From contig CBFGKC010000002.1 of assembly GCA_965649265.1 (NCBI GenBank), positions 142,921-206,920 on the forward strand: a stretch of DNA of 64,000 bases, given 5' to 3'. Of the stretch, positions 59,749 through 64,000 are shown piece by piece. The position numbers were made by a program, and so were the translations under genes. The DNA comes from a candidate division WOR-3 bacterium. GTDB lineage: Bacteria > Hydrothermota > Tepidihabitantia > B3-TA06. The notes under the pieces were generated by a model, which saw nothing but the letters and a program-made list of their open reading frames with translations, did not search any database and was not told the DNA's origin. Positions within the stretch are counted from its first letter, which is position 1. Every line of letters starts with the position of its first letter.

Positions 59749-60150
59749 TTATTCGCCGGATGTTGAATACATCGTTCCAAATTGAAAGGGATTACTATTC
59801 GGGTTACTCCAGGTTCCATATACTGTATCTACAGTATCAGCTCTAACGGTTCCCCAGATATGTCCTCCCGTGTCTGCGGCACCCATAATAAACCAGTGAC
59901 CTTGAAAAGATGTGTCGCTGACAGAAGCATTAAACCAACCTTCAACTTGAGCACTGACGTCTACCCAAGTTCCCGTAAACTGTGAGCCATCCAGCGTACC
60001 CGACCAAACTTCAAAAGGGTAAGTGGTTGGATTTATGGAGCCGGTACCTGCACCATCATAGTTTGTGGTCGCCATGAGTATGGTGGACCCCACCATGAAG
60101 CTTACAACAAGCAAGCTTATGGCAGTAAGGATAATGCTATTCTTTTTCAT
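59749..60150 (-). CDS. Secreted 133-aa Gly/Trp beta-rich protein, paralog 3
   Basis: Signal peptide, FxGxW repeats, AAGGAG RBS. Confidence 0.8.
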   Translation of the reverse strand: MKKNSIILTAISLLVVSFMVGSTILMATTNYDGAGTGSINPTTYPFEVWSGTLDGSQFTGTWVDVSAQVEGWFNASVSDTSFQGHWFIMGAADTGGHIWGTVRADTVDTVYGTWSNPNSNPFQFGTMYSTSGE

Positions 60151-60314
60151 TTCGTACTCCTTTACGTTTTAGGTTTTTTAGTTTTTCAGGGAGTCCTGTC
60201 TTTCCCTTTTTTGCCCTCTCTTTTGCGAAGGATAATGTGCATTCTGACCTTAAGCCCGGAGGGGCGGGGGTACCCGCCCCTTTTTGTTTAATTATTACAT
60301 TCACCTATAACTCA

Positions 60315-60716
60315 TTAATGGTGTTCATGGTCGAATGTCCAAAAGCTACCAAAGTTTGTCGGGTTATTTTTCGGGTTGGACCACGTCCCGTAAGCCGTAT
60401 CGGAGTTGATATATCCTGATATATGTCCCGAGGTATCATATGAGGCATCTGAAAACCAATGACCTTGAAAGGTGGTGCCTGAAACCACAGCACTGAACGT
60501 ACCCGTATTTGAGTTATCATCGCGCCATTGACCAGTGAAAGTCCCGGCAGGATTGCCGAAACAACCACTCCAATATGCGAATGGGAAGAAGCTCGAACCT
60601 ATTTGACCGTCGCCATAACCCCAGAAGTTAGTGTATCCGTACACAAGGCTGGAGCCCAGCATAAGGCTTACGACAAGTAAACCTATTGTGATAAGGACGC
60701 GGTTATTTTTACGCAT
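60315..60716 (-). CDS. Secreted 133-aa Gly/Trp beta-rich protein, paralog 2
   Basis: Same features; own TTGACA-16-TACAAT promoter. Confidence 0.8.
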   Translation of the reverse strand: MRKNNRVLITIGLLVVSLMLGSSLVYGYTNFWGYGDGQIGSSFFPFAYWSGCFGNPAGTFTGQWRDDNSNTGTFSAVVSGTTFQGHWFSDASYDTSGHISGYINSDTAYGTWSNPKNNPTNFGSFWTFDHEHH

Positions 60717-60984
60717 TTTATACTCCTTTTTGGTTGGTTTAGATTTTCAAGGGAATCCTGTTTTTCCCTTTTTACCCTCTTCGTAAATATTGTAATAAAA
60801 AAGTATTCTTTGTCAAGTATATTGCGGCATAAAAAATGTTTTTTTAGAACGATGAATCCTCGACTCTTCTGTTTGTCGATTAATCCTTTAAGCGACCAAA
60901 GTTTCTCACGCTTCCCGTAAGGCCCCAAAAAACGGAGGAGCGGGTTTCCGCTCCTCCTTGAATATTTAGATCTGTTGGTGATTA

Positions 60985-61386
60985 TTAGTCTTTGGTTCCG
61001 CTCCAAGTTCCGTTGCTTGGCCCAGACCAGGTTCCGCCGCAGGTATCTACGTTGAAGTTAAAATACATAAAGCAGTTACCAGCGTCACGATCCAATTCAC
61101 TCCATCTCCAAGTGCCGGTAAAATAATAAACGCCCAACCAGTTTCTACAAATGAAAGAACCACTATTACCTAGGGTATCGCTCCATGTGCCTGAAAAAAC
61201 GTTAGGGGAAACACCTGTGTTTATGGTTCCCTGCCAGTTCTGGAAGGGGTATATGGTTGTGCTGGAATCTGGAACCCATACGCCTGTTCCCGTACCAGAC
61301 CAGTCGCTGTTTGCCATAAGCGGGGATACACCCGCGACGAACATCAGCGCAAAAACGCCGACAAGAAGAACTGATGCCTTACGCAT
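60985..61386 (-). CDS. Secreted 133-aa Gly/Trp beta-rich protein, paralog 1
   Basis: Same features; own TTGACG-16-TATAAT promoter and a terminator at about 60934-60957. Confidence 0.8.
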   Translation of the reverse strand: MRKASVLLVGVFALMFVAGVSPLMANSDWSGTGTGVWVPDSSTTIYPFQNWQGTINTGVSPNVFSGTWSDTLGNSGSFICRNWLGVYYFTGTWRWSELDRDAGNCFMYFNFNVDTCGGTWSGPSNGTWSGTKD

Positions 61387-61614
61387 CGCTGCTCCTTTTT
61401 GGTTAAGTTTTTTGTGATTTCCGGGGTATCCTGTCGTCCCCCGCTTTGCCCATACGTATATATTATAAATAAAGACTTATACACGTCAAGTTAACAACGT
61501 CAAAATAAGCGGTTCTTTGCTAAACGGGGATGATAACCTACCTACCCGTCTTAGTATAGAAGTCCGGATTCAGACCGGCTTGACAAACGCGTGCATGAAT
61601 CCTAGAATACCCTT

Positions 61615-62034
61615 GTCAGGTGGGCCGGGCGTTCGCTCTTTCGAATAGAAGGAGAGGAAAGTCCGAACTCCACAGGGCAGGGTGCCGGCTAACGACCGGA
61701 AGGAGCGATCCTTGAAAAGTGCCACAGAGAACAGACCGCCCAAGCGTCCGGGAAACCGGACGACGGCAAGGGTGAAACGGTGCGGTAAGAGCGCACCGCC
61801 CTTCCGGCAACGGAAGGGGCACGGTAAACTCCACCCGGAGCAAGGCCAAGCAGTAGGTATAGATTGCCCGTCTAAAGGTTGTGCTTCGTTCCCCGACAAT
61901 CGGACTCCGTTCGATTGTCGGCGGGGTTCGGCGCAGCCGAAACCTACGGGTAGGCTGCAAGAGGCCCGCGGCAACGCGATGGCCCAAGATAAATGAACGC
62001 ACCCGACAGAATTCGGCTTACAGGCCCACCTGAC
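61615..62034 (+). ncRNA. rnpB: RNase P RNA, type A
   Basis: GAGGAAAGTCCG, AGTGCCACAGA, GGTAAACTCCAC, ACAGAATTCGGCTTA; P1 GTCAGGTGGGCC/GGCCCACCTGAC; promoter TTGACA-17-TAGAAT. Confidence 0.97.
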
Positions 62035-62296
62035 ACAAATGCTCCTTTTTTGCTATGCAAAAAAGATCGCGGTAAATCGGTTTCGTAATGATGAGCCTCT
62101 GTTCCTGTCTTATAGGAACTCTTTTTGATTATTACAACAGGGGCCCCCGCAACATGAAATGACGACGATTGCGGAGTAACTACTTAGTAGCTTTGTGGGA
62201 CAAAAGGAGGGTCGGGGTCACCAAGCTGGTGCGAAGCAACATCTTGGGGTACAAAAACGTAGGGAGCATAATTAAAATATAAGGAGGAAAGGAAAG

Positions 62297-62917
62297 ATGA
62301 TGCATTCGACAATCTTACTGCTTTTATGCGCGGGCATTTCCGTGCCGGACCTTGTCTCGTTTGACGCCGGCAGCTTGCAGGCAGGTGTCGGCAGTTTAAT
62401 TTCTTCACCTCAAACGGACATGATACCGGATTTCGGCCTATCCCTGGGGCACGCAAGATTATACTGGGGAAAACACCTGGCATTCGCGGCAGGCATGGAG
62501 CTTTTTCGATGCGATTTCTCGGGAACTTTTGCTACATCGGAGATCCTGATGCCGGAGATCGGTATAGCAGCCTTGCTCAATCCTGCAAGCACATTAAGGT
62601 CTAAAGCGTGCGCAAGATTCTTCCCTGACGAAAGGTTTATTCCGCGAATCGACTTGATGTGTGGTTTCAATCCTTTGAATCCCGTTCTGCTAATGGTTTC
62701 TGGAAATTCGTTTCGTTTTTCTCCAACCCTGCGTTTGGAAGGCAAGGTCTTGTTTTCGCGAACGCTTTACCTGTTATTTGAAAACAGATACGTGTGGCTG
62801 GTGCCTGCGCCCAACGGATGGGACACGCCTGCAAACTCACTTCACTTGTCGTTGGTCCTGGCCTTAGGCATGGATATTCCAAGACCCCGGGAAAAGGAGG
62901 CGCCCGAAAAGCATTGA
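62297..62917 (+). CDS. Hypothetical exported protein
   Basis: AGGAGG RBS, signal-like N-terminus, amphipathic beta strands. Confidence 0.6.
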   Translation: MMHSTILLLLCAGISVPDLVSFDAGSLQAGVGSLISSPQTDMIPDFGLSLGHARLYWGKHLAFAAGMELFRCDFSGTFATSEILMPEIGIAALLNPASTLRSKACARFFPDERFIPRIDLMCGFNPLNPVLLMVSGNSFRFSPTLRLEGKVLFSRTLYLLFENRYVWLVPAPNGWDTPANSLHLSLVLALGMDIPRPREKEAPEKH

Positions 62918-62947
62918 CAATCTCCCGGTGTGTTTTATAATCCTCTC

Positions 62948-63619
62948 ATGGGTGTAATATTTATATCTATCCTACTGGGAGGTTTTACCCAGGATAATGT
63001 AGGCGCGCTCCTTGCCGGCGATGATGTTTCCCCTGCGGCAATGGACGCCAACGGGTTCAGGGCATGTGCAAGCGCGCTGGTCATCCAGAATCCCTACGAA
63101 GGTTACGCATTGATCGTCAAGCCCTCTGTCGGAATAAGACTCGGCCTGTTCACCGTTTCCCTCGGGTACTTGCTATCCCCTGGAATGCTGGGCTACATAC
63201 CGGTTGTAAACGGAGTGCCTGTGACTATCGATGCTTCACTGTCATGGAATCCTCTCGAAAAACTTTCGATCAGGCCTCATCTTTCATTGATCGGACCCTC
63301 TACCTTCTTCCCGGCCGACCCTTATTACACTTACATGCTCTATATAACAGGCGGCGCAGGGGCCGATGCCGTGTATGATCCCTTCAAGGGGTCTGTAATA
63401 CGACCTTTATGCTCGCTTGGGGCAAACGCCGGTTACGCCTTCGGAACCTTTATGAGCAAAATAGACGGGTATGAGGAGCCGCTCAACGGCTTCGGCTTTT
63501 CCGCAAACGCGCAAGTCGCCGGGGTATTCTCGCTCGAATCCTTCAGCGCCTCGCTTGCGGCAAGGGTGAACTACGGCGGCAAATTCATTCCCGACATCTC
63601 CCTCTCCTTCCTATGGTAA
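62948..63619 (+). CDS. Hypothetical outer-membrane beta-barrel-like protein
   Basis: Signal peptide, alternating strands, terminal SLSFLW; promoter 62914-62941 immediately upstream. Confidence 0.6.
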   Translation: MGVIFISILLGGFTQDNVGALLAGDDVSPAAMDANGFRACASALVIQNPYEGYALIVKPSVGIRLGLFTVSLGYLLSPGMLGYIPVVNGVPVTIDASLSWNPLEKLSIRPHLSLIGPSTFFPADPYYTYMLYITGGAGADAVYDPFKGSVIRPLCSLGANAGYAFGTFMSKIDGYEEPLNGFGFSANAQVAGVFSLESFSASLAARVNYGGKFIPDISLSFLW

Positions 63620-63774
63620 GCAGCCCTCCTCACCCTCCTCACCCTCCTCGCCCTCCTCAGCCTCTTCAGCAGAATCCCATTCTGCTCATGAGCCCCCGGC
63701 ACTCACCATTGATATGTAGGAGTAAAATGGCGGAAGCGCAGCTTGCGGCCAGCGCCTCCGGCGCTCGCGCTCCT

Positions 63775-63891
63775 ATGGTCGGTGTAACAATGAACCTCTC
63801 CCTCCTTTACTTTCAGGCCGTCACGGTCGGTATGCCGTTCCTTAAGCTGGGGGTTGGTGCGAGGCCGGTCGCGATGGGAGAGGCGTTCTGA
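63775..63891 (+). pseudogene. Truncated duplicate of the 5' end of a PorV/PorQ-like gene
   Basis: Encodes ..FLKLGVGARPVAMGEAF then stop; repeated 116 bp downstream. Confidence 0.55.
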
Positions 63892-64000
63892 TGGTCGTAG
63901 CAATTATAAACCTCTCCCTCCTTTACTTTCAGGCCGTCACGGTCGGTATGCCGTTCCTTAAACTGGGGGTGGGTGCAAGGCCGGTCGCGATGGGAGAGGC
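63891..64000 (+). CDS. PorV/PorQ-family protein, 5' end (runs off window)
   Basis: Signal-like segment followed by the FLKLGVGARPVAMGEA motif. Confidence 0.65.
   Translation, partial: MVVAIINLSLLYFQAVTVGMPFLKLGVGARPVAMGE

Noticed and set aside
60189-60216. c-di-GMP-I riboswitch reading of the GGCAAA leader
   Set aside because: The GNRA-capped P2 and the GCAAAG/P3 elements are missing.
61570-62002. ORFs overlapping 61.6-62.0 kb
   Set aside because: The region is RNase P RNA.

Overview
Chromosomal window from a diderm, probably anaerobic bacterium. The FlgD/T9SS-type sorting tail, PorV-like 5' end and gene complement suggest an FCB-related candidate lineage such as WOR-3/TA06 (inference). 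The housekeeping backbone includes phoH-7TM-HD-ybeY-2xCNNM; uppP-tilS-ftsH-folE-folP-cdaA-DUF2723-ptb; dtd-yicC-gmk-rpoZ-coaBC-dnaB-mlaEFD-radA; rpsT; buk-ptb-fabH-porCDAB; and RNase P RNA. It is interrupted by AT-rich accessory genes and several REP-like palindrome families. Best leads: (1) an AT-rich GHKL kinase + STAS + PIN nuclease operon facing two TPR-coiled-coil-STAS (RsbR-like) genes, a candidate partner-switching toxin/defence or stressosome-like system; (2) three sigma54 promoters, two driving short transcripts with no recognisable gene, one GGA-rich; (3) three 133-aa secreted paralogs sharing an ACAGGA leader hairpin; (4) a large unexplained structured RNA upstream of a DsrE gene; (5) a radical SAM protein fused to a PolX-like HhH domain; (6) 11-bp phased repeats beside a DnaA box. 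All calls were made by eye with no database searches.
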